A stretch of 63,731 bases of DNA, counting the filler, from Platydemus manokwari (taxonomy: Eukaryota): the NCBI GenBank assembly GCA_037951405.1. It is 6 parts of 6 records of this genome, joined end to end, with 100 filler letters (N's around TTAATTAATTAA, not from the genome) between each part and the next. Parts side by side here need not be neighbours in the genome. Positions count along the whole stretch, not along the records: positions 1 to 15,821 come from JBBMOY011234764.1; positions 15,922 to 24,970 come from JBBMOY011307539.1; positions 25,071 to 34,198 come from JBBMOY011295428.1; 3 more parts are not named here. One strand, 5' to 3'. The position numbers were made by a program, and so were the translations under genes. Below are positions 14,091-28,300 of the stretch, piece after piece. Positions within the stretch are counted from its first letter, which is position 1. Each line of letters begins with the position of its first letter. The notes beneath the pieces were generated by a model. The model searched no databases. It was not told the origin of the DNA and worked only from the letters and a program-made list of their open reading frames with translations.

Positions 14091-15139
14091 TGATATATTC
14101 TATTATTGTTATTGATATTATCATGATAATTTTAATGATAATAATAATTATTATTATTATTGCTTTTGTGTTATGCTAACATTTTAATGAAAATCTTCAT
14201 TGTAAAAGATTTTAAGAAGTCAACACAAAAAGTATATTTAACTACGATAATTAAGGAAAATACGATTTTTTATGTATTTGTATTTTATTTAATTAAGATT
14301 TAAATATCAGAACTTCGTAATTCTTACACCGTATTTCTTTAAAGTTTTTAATTTTTGTATTTTTCTTCTTATTGAATTCTCATTTCATTCTCTATTTTTA
14401 TAGTGGATTTGCTTCATCTAATAGTATTTTCTATATTTATGTGTCATTTTATTTATAAGTCATCACAGAGATTGTATTTAACAACAATATTCAAACTAAT
14501 TATCGTTTTTCAATATATTTGTATTTTATTTAATTAAATTATTTAAGAATTAAAGTTCAAAATTTTAAAATCTTCATAATTATTTTTGTTATATCAGTAA
14601 CAATAATCGATATTATAAAATGATACATTTGAAAAGTTTAACATAGATAAAAGAAGTATATTGACCGAATTGATTCGTTTAACGAAGATATTTAATAAAT
14701 CAACTCATACATGTTATTTCGCTGATGTAAAGATCTATTGAAGGATTTTAAAATGCAGTTTTTTTAAAATATGGATTCAAAATATTTCCAAATACGATTT
14801 TATATATTAAACTGTTTAAGTAATTTTAGTTAAATTTAATTTTGTGATTTGAGTTTATAAAATAGTAGCGGTTTGTACTCTAAGAATATGTAAAGTATTT
14901 ATTTATACAATTATCAGTGGATAAGTTAATCTATATAAAATATTGTTTATATACAATCAAATTTTAAATTGCATTCAATTTGGTGAATAACTGTGAACTC
15001 CGCTAAATGCATAAATAAAAATTAATCAAAAATAAGAAATGAATGTTCTTGAATGTATTAATAAAAGTATTTTAATTATTACTATAACAACAATATTAAT
15101 AATATTCATGATAACAGTTGTTGAAATTCTATCAATTAT

Positions 15140-15620
15140 TGATTGAGACGAAATTTTGCAAAAGAAAAACGGATTTGCATCTTGGAATCCTTGTTTAATT
15201 TGCAAGCCTACCCAACCGTACACTCATGATAATCAACTAATCACATGTGATTTAGATAGAAAACAATAATTGGAAAAGGGACATAGTCAAACAACAACAG
15301 ACACATGGGGATTGACCAACCCCGCACATACAATAATCAATAAGCCCAATAGAAACTTGAGAAAGTAAAGATCAAATCAAAATGTGACACAAAAATTACA
15401 CGCAGATCTCGAGTATAAATACCGATGTAATGGTGGACGCCAGTTGGAAGCCAAGTTTTGGTTATGATGAGTCGTATGTAGTTGAGAGTCAAGTTTTCGT
15501 TATAATTTTGAGATATTTTGAGATTTGTACTAATTGGTACGTGAGTTAGAAATAAAGCTTTTAACCTTCGATTTTTAGAGTGAGCAATTATTTGATTATT
15601 CATAATCTAAATAAAATACA
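15140..15620 (+). mobile_element. Probable solo LTR, family B
   Basis: Reverse-complement match to 16900-17452 and 21560-21969. Contains GTATAAATA and AATAAA; the sister copy begins TGTTG. Confidence 0.65.
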
Positions 15621-15821
15621 GTTGTCTTATAATTTATTGTATAAAATTATTTCAAATAAAAATCTTTCATTTTTTTAAAAAATAAAATCAATGATATTTA
15701 CCGTATTTAAATATTATTTTAAATATAAAAGTAAAATCTTAATAAAAATCGATTATAGTCTACATTTTGCTAGATTATTTGATTTAATAAATTATTTCTC
15801 ATTTTTTCACACCAACACATA

Positions 15822-15921
15822 NNNNNNNNNNNNNNNNNNNNNNNNNNNNNNNNNNNNNNNNNNNNTTAATTAATTAANNNNNNNNNNNNNNNNNNNNNNN
15901 NNNNNNNNNNNNNNNNNNNNN
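15822..15921. other. Artificial contig spacer 44N-TTAATTAATTAA-44N
   Basis: Six-frame stop linker inside Ns. Identical spacers at 24971-25070, 34199-34298, 44252-44351 and 53715-53814; ordinary N gaps at 48247-48431 and 62935-63078. Confidence 0.97.
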
Positions 15922-15944
15922 ATAATAAATTTATAAATAAAAGA

Positions 15945-16806
15945 ATTTCTCTCACTAGTGAATAAATTCTATCGATAAAATAATAAATTCACTGGTATTA
16001 GATTTAGTCGCAGAGAATATCTGCGAGTGATTCACCACTGCCTATATAAGGTAGCGGTTACAATTAACACGGCCATAATTTCACTGCCATTATTTTCAAA
16101 ACCAAAATTATATGCCACATCAATTGAAGAAGACACATTATTGTAAAAGTCATTCAGTGCACAATAGAAAATTGTCTAGTGTAGAAGAACAATATTCCCT
16201 ATATATCCAGTACTTTACTAGATGTCCCCTCATTAACACTCATTCATGTAAAAATAATAATCAATATTATATATTGTATCGTTTATCTGTTATTATCGAG
16301 TTTGTTGCTCAAAAATCTTGAACGGTATTTGGTTCTGCAACATGAGTAGGAGTTTGCTAACAGTCTCTTTGTCTAGAAGTTATTAAGGCTCGTTATAATT
16401 TGCTGTATATAGAAGTTTTTTAAAATCAATTTGTAATTTTCATGTTATTATTGTTAATCAGTTTGTATCGGCGCCATTATTAATCAATATTTTGTAACAT
16501 CAAGTTTTAGTTCTTAATCACATAGGAATCATAAATCATTATTTGTTATCATTGCTATTAGAATAGTTAATATTTTAAATAGGTTTAAGTATTTTGAGAC
16601 AGATACCTAAGCTAATTAAAACATATCCCTACTGCCTCACCCATTGTCTTCACACAATAAGGTTATGCAGGGTGAAGGAACACCAACATAAGATAGATTA
16701 TACCTGTGGCCTCAATCAAGAGATCATAGATACTGATTTAGACAGTAGTGGTTTCAAATAACTAAGCTTCATAAAACAATAAAATCAATAAGGCCCGAAC
16801 GTAACA
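15945..16806 (+). mobile_element. Probable solo LTR, family A
   Basis: Collinear with 1675-2508; ends CAATAAGGCCCGAACGTAACA. Confidence 0.7.
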
Positions 16807-16899
16807 CATAGCTTATAGTAACTTTGGACTTCCAATTTTTTTGTTTAATAATAATTATTTGATTATTAAAGACTTTATTTAATAATAATATATTTCTAA

Positions 16900-17452
16900 T
16901 GTTGAGGTCTCAATTCGGAATAACTAAATAACTGCTGACTCCAAAAACCGAATATTGTAAGCTTTATTTTTAACTCATGTACTAATGACTAAGAATCACA
17001 AAATAACAGAAAATTATTGAACTAAGACTTGACTTTAAACTACCCACGTACTGCTCAGTACGACTCACAATTTTACTAAAACGTCTTAATAAACCTAACC
17101 AAAACTTGGCTTTCAATTGGCAGTTGGACATTTTTACATCGGTATTTATACTGGAGATCTGTGTGTAGTTTTTGTGTCACGCTTGTATTAAATTTTGATT
17201 TGATTTTTACTTTATCGTGTTTCTATGGAGCATTTTGGTTTCTGTATGTATAAGATTGGTCAATTTATATGTATGTGTTGTTGTGTGGCTATGTCCCTTT
17301 TTCCATTTATTCTTTTCCATCTAATTCTGTTTTGATTGTATTGATTGACATACCTGCATGGTTGTGTAGGTGTGCAAATGCTTAAAGGGCTAAAACAAAC
17401 TTTTCAAGTTGGAAATCGGTTTGTCTTTTGCAAGATTTCATCTTACTCAACA
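16900..17452 (-). mobile_element. Probable solo LTR, family B
   Basis: Inverted copy of 15140-15620; minus-strand 5' end is TGTTGAGTAAGATGAAATCTTGCAAAAG. Confidence 0.7.
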
Positions 17453-17639
17453 CTAATTTTATTATTTATTCGATAAACATGTATGAAATACCATTATTTA
17501 TTTACACGGTTATTGTAATGTTTTACTAATATTAAATCTTCTCGTATTTCTCAACTTTTCTTAATATTCCAATATCATTAATATAATTAGTTTAACATTC
17601 TTATGAATCATTCAATATGTTCCTTTGTACTGGAATTCA

Positions 17640-17740
17640 CATCGATTATTTTATGATAATATTTGCGCAGGTATTTATACAGTCTTATTCCCGGTGTTTC
17701 GTGGCATGATTATGTGTGCAACAAAAAAGGTTAATTTATA
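17640..17740 (-). mobile_element. Possible integrase zinc-binding (HHCC) remnant
   Basis: HETPGIRLYKYLRKYY resembles H..HPG...LY..R..Y(W). Confidence 0.3.
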
Positions 17741-20700
17741 GAAAACTGAATAAATCTCGATCCAGAGTCTTGGACGGTTAATAACTCCAATAAAGTATAA
17801 TTAGGACCCGCCCTTCATAATTGATCTTACTATAAGTTTTGATAAGTCTTACTACCTGAACTAGAGTATTTATAGCTTAAAAATCAAAATGCCGAATAAA
17901 AATTTCTTTCATAATCTTGTAAAATATGAAGCGGCGTACTGGAGCATCATAAATAACGATAATCTGATGCTTTAATTCCTAGGAAAGATGTTGTAAGCTT
18001 CTCATTTTATCTTATTAAAATGTTTTTTGAAAATAGATTTTGGTATTACTTGACTTGTCTCCGATTTATAGAAAATTTGAATACCAAATTTTGATTAACA
18101 GAAATGGAATTTTTAAGTGTGGAGCTCAGTTTAAGTTTCAAGTTCTTAGGTATTTGAATTAAAGCGTAATTTCAAATGGAACTTATAGGATCTTTGGGAA
18201 CAATCGGACGATTTCTAAAAATATATTGGGATATAAAAATCCAATTGATTTATTTTAGAATATTAATTTTATTAAGTTCAATCTTTATTTTCTAGTTGAT
18301 AATAATTATTTATATTATTAATTTCTAAACATAATACTCTGGGCATTTTAACCTCATAATGATTACTGATAATGTAACGGCTCGATATCAATCTGTATAA
18401 TTTTTAATATTAATTAATTTATGTATCGAAGTAATAAACATTATAAATGTTAATAGCAGCTACTTCACTTGAGATTGATGTTTCAACAAAAGAAGTCATT
18501 ATTACGTTATCATAATATTTAATTCATCCCAACATATAGTACAATTTTTAAACAAATTAAAATTCCTTTTCTGGGTAGATTCTTAATCTGGTATAGATGA
18601 AAATATTTATATCATTTAATAGTTACTTTATTTGAAATAATCCAATATAAATTTTAAAACGTCAGGGCTTTCTTCGACAGAATATGTTCTCTACCGGTAC
18701 CAAGCATCTATTCAATTCAGAATTGTAGATGTCATCAGGAGCTTGTATTCAAAGGATTTGGAACTGGTTTTGAATAATTGTTCTTTGCTATTCTGCGGTG
18801 TTGAATTACCTAAGGGTTGGTTTTTTCTTCAGATAATGCAGGCAATATGAGACCTAACATTGTTGTCCCTATCTGAATTATTAATAACACTCTTTCCAAA
18901 AATAAGTTGAGATATAGTCAATGAATGGCTTTTCTGTTTATATTATATTATTGCTTAGGATCAACGTTCTGTTGGCACAATAAACGTGCTGGATAAATTT
19001 ATCACTTCTTTTTGCTGGTTTCTCATATACTGAATATGATTTTCAGAAGAAATTTCTGAGATAACCACATCTCATTGATGATAATATTCGCTCTGTGTAT
19101 TACAAAGTTCTAAGCCTTGTACCTAATTTTATCGTGAATTTTGGCTCACTAAAAACGCAAAACCTCCGGTATACTTTCTGGAACCATAAAAATATACTTC
19201 ACACAGATCAATAGGTTGAATTGGTTTTATAATATGGTTGTAGTTATAGTTTGAAAATAATTAAGAAATTATTAAGAATGAGATACATACATGTGACCAT
19301 ATGTTGTAATACAACTCTACTTCCAAATAGAAATTGTATATTCCCGGGTACTGTGAAAAACCTATTTTATCCAACTCATTATAAAGATTTGAGACGTCTA
19401 TCGAGGACTGAAGTTATCCACCTCATTCAGTTTACCAAACCAGCTTATATAAGATTTTGTGCGACCGTTTAAGTCGATCCAAATTTACTTAAAGAAATTC
19501 AACAAGACTAAGAAATGAAATCAATCTGAAAACCATTTTAATATCGTTGTCTGGCTCAACTGGCGAAATCTCTTCTAAAACTCTGAGATAACACGATTTC
19601 GTTTGATGTATTCTCATGACAAAACTGAATATCTTCATTAAATTGTGATGTCATTATTAATTTTAGTTAAAAAATCGTCATAAAATACTGTGAATATTTT
19701 CTAGAATTCCTTCTCCATGTTTAACAATTTGCCATCGGCATAGTCAGGAAATAATTCTCTACAAAGTTTTGGACAGATTCTATGCATGTTTTGTCAACTT
19801 ATAATTATTGTTACGTATTTGAGACTTAAATAGCTCTTGGAATAAAAAGAAAACCACATTCATTTGAGAGGTTTTAACTCGATTATTTCCAAAAATTAGT
19901 TTACATTTTGTTGAAAAGAAAAACCATTTAATTGTCTATTTAATTGTGGTATCGGGTTTGGCCGAGTTTAAATTATATTTAATAAAATCAACCGAGTATT
20001 AAATTTTTCCACTGTGGGGATGAATTACTCGTGTTAAAAGATTTAGCTGAAAATTCTTTTTGAAATTGTACCTATATTTTTAATAATTAATTATGTAATT
20101 TCTTCTAAAATATTTCAGCAATTAAATTACTATTTTATTGACGAAAAACTTTATTGGTTTGTCAACAGAACTTCATTAAATTGACATCGTTAATTTGCGA
20201 GAGTTGTCCATAGAAAATTTTATGGAAAATTTTATCGAGAATTTTTCCTGATGAATTGTTCCTGAGAAGGCTCTATATTTTTAATTATTTTAATAAAGGA
20301 AAATATTTCAAGCCAAACATTGTTTGCCTTAGAAATAATCTGAAACGTATAATTTATTTATTTGGATAATATTTCATTGTACGAAACACAAAACGCAGAG
20401 AAATTTATTTTGTCTAATTGGTATCTTGAACACAAATTTTATCGAGTTTACAATTATAATGTGGGATCTACCTGCTGTACAGTGCAGCAAATACTTGCAT
20501 GGTTTGTATCTGACTCCAAAAGATAGTGGTTATTCACACTAATTTCAAAACAATGTACCGCGCGCTACAATAAGTTACGGACGCACCACACTTATTACTT
20601 TTACTAAATATTGACATTCTGGACCACTGACTTCGAATATCACACAATTTATAATTTATACCTTTACTAATATTCGAAAAATAATTTCCTCGAATATTTC

Positions 20701-21559
20701 AACTCCTCCAATATTATTAGTCAACAATATATAACCCGATTTTTTCCTGATTCTTTGATCAATAAATATCTTCTTAATTCTTCTTATCAATACGTCATAA
20801 TTTAGAACTGAGTTCGTAATTTTTTTTAGTTCACTGGTTTAATGGCTAAATTACCGGCTTCTTTTCGATATCTTCTTTCTTATCAGCTACTGATTACCTT
20901 TGCATTTATACTGGAACATTGTGCAGTATACCATTCCGCGCTGGTTTCCCACAAATTCCATGAATTGGTGTTTGTTTGTCCTATAATCGGTCGAAACCCC
21001 TTCACCTATCAGCTATTTTCCAGTCAGATCAAAGTGCATTTTTACACCAACTTCACTAGTTGGTACTTTGATCCAGATCTGTTCTGAATTGATGATGATT
21101 TCCTACCGAATGTTTTCTATTTTTAATTAACTGATTTACTGAATTATTTAAATAATTAATTATTTTATTTATTTTTAATATTATTTGGTTTAAATATTTA
21201 TTTTTAGAAAAAATTATTTTATTTTAGTCATTATCATTCTTTGTTATTTTTATTTATTTATTTTTATCCTTAAAACTTAAATTATTTTGATCTTTTTTAA
21301 TCAATTAATTTTTATTTGTTTTCGTATTTTGCCTTATCATTTTTCAGAAATAATTTGTTTTCTTCCTGTAAAACATGTTTACTGTTATTAATTCTCCAAA
21401 TATTGCCACTGACGTTTCGGCATCGTTTATACTATGAAGTAATTGTATTTAATCAATCATATTGATCGACACATAAAATTTCATTTAATTCTGACTCATC
21501 TAAATCAAATCTCAACTCATAGCTAGTCCAATGATATTGATGTGACCCAATTCAGGATC

Positions 21560-21969
21560 AACAAATAATTGTTGACACCAAAAAATCGCAGGTTTCCAAT
21601 TTTAATTTCGTTACACGTACTAATTAGTATGGTACTCCAAAACTAGACACGGCATCTCAAAAACACAACCTAAAACTGACTTTCAACCGGTAGTTTGTTA
21701 TATATTTAGACTTATTACATTTTTATTTGATCTTTAATTTCCCAAGTTTCAATTGGACTTGTTGGTTTTTATATATGCGGGATTGCTTAATCCCAATATC
21801 TGTTACTTTGTGGTTATGCACTTATAAAATTATTATTTTCTATCTAAATTAGCTATGATTTGTTGATTGCCATACTTGTATGGTTATTTAGGCATGCAAA
21901 GTGCTAAAACAAGAGTCCCAAGATGCAAAACCTTTTTTTTCTTTTGCAAGATTTTATCTCTACTCATCA
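21560..21969 (-). mobile_element. Diverged solo LTR, family B
   Basis: Shares TCTTTTGCAAGATTT, CCAAGATGCAAA, TCTATCTAAAT and CACGTACTAATTAGTA blocks with the other two copies. Confidence 0.65.
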
Positions 21970-22769
21970 GTATTATGGTCTGATCGGCGAAATCTCGTGA
22001 AAGATGATCTTTATAGAACATTATAGAACACACTGCGCTCTCGACTAATACATAAGAATTGATTAACACAACCGTGAATTGAAACATCAAAATCAGTTAC
22101 TGACTTTTTAGTATTAACATGATATTGGAAATAATATTAATTGATAAAAATGATTATTATTGCTCAGTTATAATCAAAGCTATTCAATGCATATCAGAAA
22201 GCCATCGAAGGATTCTCTCTTCCCAAAACAATTTAACGTTTCCTTTTAATGAATGATTGAAATGAATTTGTTTCTTCATTAGGCAGATATGAATCGATAT
22301 TTTGTGAGATGTATCAATTATTGCATATCAGAGAAATCCATATTTGTGTATTTATTTCATAAAACGTTTAGTTATATTTAATTATTATTATAATTTTAAT
22401 TATTTTTTCATTCGAGTTATTATTATCCAGCATGTAACCAATTCTCAAAGACATCATTAAAGTTCTGTAGACTCTGATTAAATTTACGGAAAGATTATCA
22501 CAATAATTCTCTTCTAATATAATTTTTTCAGGGATCACAACTGATGGGATTTAAATTGTCGAAGACTGTGATAATTTACCAACAGCATTACTGGTTAATT
22601 ATCTAATTAATGCAGCTAGAGATAGATATCAGACGAATGTGCCGCCAATGTACCAATCATGACGGAGTATAGATTGCGAGTAATTTATGCATTGAATTTA
22701 CTGAATGTTTCTGGATATAAAGTCACTGTCAAATCTATTTTACATGTTAGGCAATCATAAATAAAACAA

Positions 22770-23200
22770 TAGAAGATTCTACTAACTTATAAAACACGCG
22801 TTGCAGTCGAACTGAAAATTATCTCTTAAGGAACAATTATTTAAACAAATTAATTTCTTCTTTCATTAATAATTTTTAAATCCCCACATCCGTCTTTCTT
22901 TGAAATGTTTGATCTTCCAAATTATCTCTATAATGAATTCTGAATGAAAATTTCTGTTTGTCTTTCTTCTTTTAAATCTTTTCTTCGAATCTTTTTGTTT
23001 TATTTATATCTTCTCTTTATCTCACTGTCCTTTTCATAATTTCATGATATAGACCTTCTTAGAATCGAATTTAAATGCGAGGTCGTATTGTAAGTCGCAT
23101 TTATCTTATCATGCACGCTTTGAAAATGAGCTGAAAACGTCATCAAATTATCTATTTAAGAACAAATGATTATTTAATAAGACATTTTTAAATTCTCATA
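22770..23200 (-). mobile_element. Degraded TRIM (miniature LTR retrotransposon), second copy
   Basis: Two direct repeats (about 22770-22888 and 23089-23200) share CACGC...CTGAAAA...AATTAT with the LTRs at 58929 and 59342. Decayed PBS (minus strand ATACGACCTCGC) and purine tract AAAGAAAGACGGA lie in the expected places. Confidence 0.55.
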
Positions 23201-23668
23201 CGTCAGTGGTCAAAGCCTATATATAGTTGTGCAATCAACTGTGCCTTAACAGTGTCACTAGAGAGAGGGGTTTAATAGGTATTGACTCTCTCTCTTTCTA
23301 TATATATAATCCATGAACTCCTTTATAATTTAATATATAAATAATAATTTATACTGGCAAGTAAATCCAAAAAAATTAATTGAAATAAATTTTGAAAAAT
23401 AAAACAAAACATTTTAAAAAAACGTAATTAATTGTATTTATATAATCTCATTATCAGTCACTGGTTTCTCTAGTTAAAATATTATTGGAAACCCATGTTA
23501 CCATATACAATATGTATGTTTTGATTTAAATCGACTACTTTTAAATCTATTTCGATTAGTCATCCACCATTTATAACATTGACCTTTGAATGGAACTGTT
23601 GCCGTTACCATGTATATAAATAATAATAATATCTGATGAGAGAATTAATTGGTACTACTTGCAGTAGG

Positions 23669-24970
23669 ATGTTTCAAATATTTGTATTCATTTTCGCTGT
23701 AATACAATTATCAGTTGGTGATACTCCAGCTAATTGTACATATGAAGATGCCATTGGTAGATGGGAAATTTCGACGGGTGCTTTTGCGTTGTCATGTGCA
23801 TCAGGTAGATGAAGATTGTTTTTAATATTTTATTTATATTTTATCGATATTGTTTCATAACTAGAGAAATTTGAGTTTAAAATATCGATTTAATAAAAGA
23901 TAATGAATAACGTGTATGATATTGTAGCCAATTACGTCTCAACCAAGACATTCACACTCATCTATCCCAATATCGCCAAAGATGAATTCGGCAATTTCGG
24001 ACGATGGACATTGATCTACAATCAAGGATTTGAAGTTGTCGTAAACAACAAGAAATATTTCGGATATTTTGATTACAAGAAAATCAACAGCACATATGCC
24101 ATCTCATATTGCAATGTTCTCCAACCAATGTGGTACCATGATGTTCTCATCAGACAATGGGGATGTTTCAAGGCAAAGAAACTGAATAAAATAAATGTCG
24201 AATTAAAGTCTGATCATCGATTGGACACAGCGTGAGTTCAGATTAAAATAAATTATTTCTGTTAAATTTGATTTTCAGAGTTCTTCATTCCCATAAGTAT
24301 GGATCTCAGAAATTGATTGTCGATCACATTAATAATGGGAATTTCGGTTGGAAAGCAAAGGATTACACTGAATTTCATAATAAAACTTGGTATGAAATGA
24401 TCAACATGGCCGGCGGTCGATTTTCAAAACTGAAAAGGTTATTATCATTATTATTATTGTTATTATTATTATTATAATCTCGAATATTCCTCATTATTAT
24501 AATTATTAATACTATTGTTATTATTCATTACATAAACAAGCACATGATTTAAACTTGACCATGTGGACGTTGGAATAACATATGCAAAGAAGTACTTTAA
24601 TTTATCGATTGTGCTTCTATGAATAAATCGACATTACAATGGTAAATAGATAGAGCCTTGCTATATTTAAACCAATATCTCATTGCGTTCTGTAAAATTT
24701 TCCATTGGCATTTTAATTTTGAATATCATTATTCCTAGACCGAAATCTGCACCTGTTACGAGATCATTGGTGGAGACTTTGAAATTGGTGCCGAAATCGT
24801 TTGATTGGAGAAATGTCAACGGAGTTAATTACGTGAGTCCTGTACGACATCAAGACCACTGTGGTAGTTGTTACTCATTCGCTTCTGCTGCGCTGTTAGA
24901 AGCGAGATATCGCATTCGATCGAATAATACAATCCAACCTATTCTTTCACCACAAGATGTCGTTGAATGC
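23669..24970 (+). CDS. CTSC: Cathepsin C (dipeptidyl peptidase I), 3'-truncated by a spacer
   Basis: Exons 23669-23804, 23928-24231, 24279-24437 and 24739-24970 are phase-consistent GT-AG. Signal peptide then DTPANCTY, exclusion domain WTLIYNQGFEV, mature region SFDWRNVNGVNYVSPVRHQDHCGSCYSF with the family-specific CGSCY. Catalytic His/Asn exons are missing. Confidence 0.97.
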
Positions 24971-25070
24971 NNNNNNNNNNNNNNNNNNNNNNNNNNNNNN
25001 NNNNNNNNNNNNNNTTAATTAATTAANNNNNNNNNNNNNNNNNNNNNNNNNNNNNNNNNNNNNNNNNNNN

Positions 25071-25220
25071 ATTAATAAGTATAACAATAATAATAATATT
25101 AATAATAATAACAATAATAATAATAAACACAACCACAATATTAATAACGATCATAATAAAATCAATAATATTAATAATAACAAAAATAAACATAGTCATA
25201 ATATTATTATTAATAAACAA
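25071..25220. repeat. (AAT/AAC)n low-complexity microsatellite at a contig end
   Basis: Directly visible. Similar (TTA)n at 24440-24475 and (TCTA)n at about 7770-7800. Confidence 0.8.
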
Positions 25221-25338
25221 TGTATAATGATAATTATATTATTAAAAACAAAAATATAATAAGTTAATATTGGATATAAAATCCCAGGATAACATTGCAA
25301 TAGATAGAGTAAAATATTGAAGGATTAAACATAAATAC

Positions 25339-28300
25339 CTTTTTCGAAATGATAGCTGATTTTTTAAATGATTCTGCTACAAGTCTGGATGCATTTTCGG
25401 TTCGATGTCTCAGCAGTTCGGCTTTTAAAATGATTTCATTTGTCAGTACCGCTTCACGCTTCATAGCGATACGCAACTTATCGGGCACATCGGGTATTAC
25501 TACCGATATAATGGTCATGAATAATGATACAAGATTCTACAACGCCAATCACATATTATTCAATAACTGGGAAAACCTGTGGAAATTTACCTCAAAAAGA
25601 TAAACAAAAATCACTTTGAAAGCGAGAACTTGCCAAAATACTGGAGTATAAGAAGGGTAATCGACATGCCCAGGTGGATATCGATAACCCATGTATCTAC
25701 AATGAGAAATACGGTTCATAAATTAATAACTGGTATACCAGAATACCGGCAATATTCACTGGTATTGTTCGAGTACGATTCGAAATTTTCTGATTTCAAA
25801 TGAGACATGGAAAATTCAACGAATCCCACCAATGTTCCATCTGGACTGAAAAATAGCTTGTAAACCAACCTCTCAATATAAGTCGTAGAGAAAGCAATGA
25901 GTATTGCCTGAAATAAAACAGACATATACTACTTGAAAAAATCGATAAAAATATCAATAAATACACACTGAACACATTTCCTAAATATTGACTACTCAAT
26001 ACGAATTGTATCTGATAAATGTTTCTGATCTTTCAATTGCTGTCTTTTCAACGGTACTTGAAACAGTATTTTTATTTATCTTCAACTCTCAACATTTCAC
26101 AATGAAAGGTTTCCGGTTTTCATGGAACAAACAGATATTTTCAAAAGAATCTTTGAACGATTTATCATTCATTACATCGATTTTTAAAAATTTCAATGAT
26201 TATTTTTTAATAAATCCTTTAAAACAACACAGCAAATTAATCACGATAAATCCCCGATCCACACACATGAATGGATCACACAACTAAAGAGCACACTTGC
26301 ATATGTCGAATCTGTTTCTCTTGGTGAATAAACAGAGATGGTTGATAGATATCTTCTATGATTTAAATTAATAGGAAATCAATAACAAAATGTCGGTTAT
26401 GGTTTTCTATTAGCTAGAGGATTTATCAGAGGCAACAATTAGTTCTGACAAAAACAACAATAGCCGTTTATAATAAAACATTTATAACAATTCTAAAAGA
26501 GTCACGAGATGGGATCAGAATGGATTTGCAATAGATATCCATGATTATATGATAAGTAATACTAAAATCTGGCTATAATTTCGAATCAAATAGATAAATT
26601 GTAAAGTACTATCGAATAAAAATAACTTGGAAGGCAGTCTCATCATTGAATTTGATGAGCAAGCCATACCAAGTGTTCCAAGTTACTGAATTATATTAAA
26701 CAAATAAATCTCAACCACAAAACTCGGTATAAATTGAAGGATTTGTGACAAACGTACTTTAAATCGATTAATTGCAAAGTTTAATTAATAATTTTAAAAA
26801 CCGTATACATATATACCGTGCGATTCCCCGTCTCTAAAACTAAAATAAAACAACAGCAAGAACAAATAAATGTAATTTGTTACTTTAATGCACAACTTCA
26901 GCACAATAACAGTAAATAATAAGCAATTTCATAGCAACTGTTCAAAATGTTCACCATCTCGTTCCAATCAGAGATTGCATCATAGATTTATCAGACGGTC
27001 TTCATGGTCGTAAGCTAGTGGATAAGTTTCCAGTTTCTTCAAATTTCTGTTTCCAGTATTGCATTCTTGTCCTAGCTGGTGGTGCACGATTGAAATGTTT
27101 TTGAAATCGATCGTAAGCTTTGGCACTACTCTTGTACACTATTGTATCGCTATCTATAAACACTCTATCCGCAAGCGAAAATTTAACACCACCATCTTGC
27201 TTCTAACAGAGAATGCATCGTTTCCTGAAGCTTGAAGAACATTTACGGACGACTTCTTGATCGATGTTTATTAATTCATGTGACATTGCTTATTCAAGGT
27301 AGTTGAACGTTGTATAATTGTTATGGGTTGCATAATCTCGGTTTTTTGATAGAGCTACATAGCCAAAATCCAAATATCGTGGGGTCTGGAGATCTTGGCA
27401 GCAATTTCTTTGATCCTCTACGACCAATCCACCGCTGTGGAAAATGTTGATCAAGCCATTGTCGTGCTGGAAATCTGAAATGAAGAGGAGCGCCATCGTG
27501 TTGATACCAGTGTTGATTGTCATTTCTAATAGAGGGCAACAGCTTTTGATTTAAAACAGTGACATACTGCTTTTTGTTTATTGTTTCACGACTGATAATG
27601 AAGGACAAGTTTCCAGTATTGCACTGTTGTCCTAGCTGGAGGTGCATGATTAAAATGTTGTTGAAATTCTTGGCAAGCTTTGGCACTATTCTGGTACACT
27701 ATTGCATGGCTAACTATAAACAATCTATCCACAAGTGAAAATTTAACCTCACCAACTGTTCTGCTATATTGTAATAATGCGACAGATTAATAAGAAATAA
27801 AGCACATTAATCAGTGAATAATAATTAATTTGTTTTGTTTTGTTTTTTTATTTTAGTTTTAGAGACGGGAACTTATGAATGGCACGGTATGTATGTTTTA
27901 TTAAAAAACTTAATGAGCGATTCTAATAATTGTCAATATTTAAAAAGGTTATCTAATTCATATCAAAACAACGAGTCGGTCTTTTGGCGCGTCTATATGA
28001 ATGTATTCCATAACGGAAACACATTTTATCGTTCATAAAATTTTATGAAATCAAAACATGCAAACGAGACATTTCATTTAATTGGCCTTCACTGTGATTC
28101 GATATGAAACGTTTCATTTGGAAAACTCATTTCAAAAATTGCCTCCCATTAAAACAATTATGCAGTTCATCAATCATTATAATCAATTTGATCAGAATAA
28201 TTCAATATTAATAACATCGATTATATTTACATTCGATTTAACAGCGATTTGGGCAACTATCGACAGAATGCTGACCCATATTCCTAGAATAACAAAATGA

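Noticed and set aside
1675-16806. One 15-kb full-length LTR element bounded by the two family-A LTRs
   Set aside because: The LTRs are clearly diverged, an artificial spacer separates them, no PBS follows the first copy, and the interior is a mix of fragments on both strands.
15140-17452. Large inverted repeat or foldback element
   Set aside because: The arms are dispersed family-B LTR copies (third copy at 21560-21969) on different segments.
21400-21440. Hammerhead ribozyme (minus-strand CCGAAACGTCAG, Penelope-like)
   Set aside because: No CUGANGA box upstream. Other CTGATGA hits (e.g. 23633, 20249) lack stem II and GAAA.
25023-25220. Hydrophobic Ile-rich ORFs here and at 43297-43494
   Set aside because: Translations of (ATT)n low-complexity DNA.
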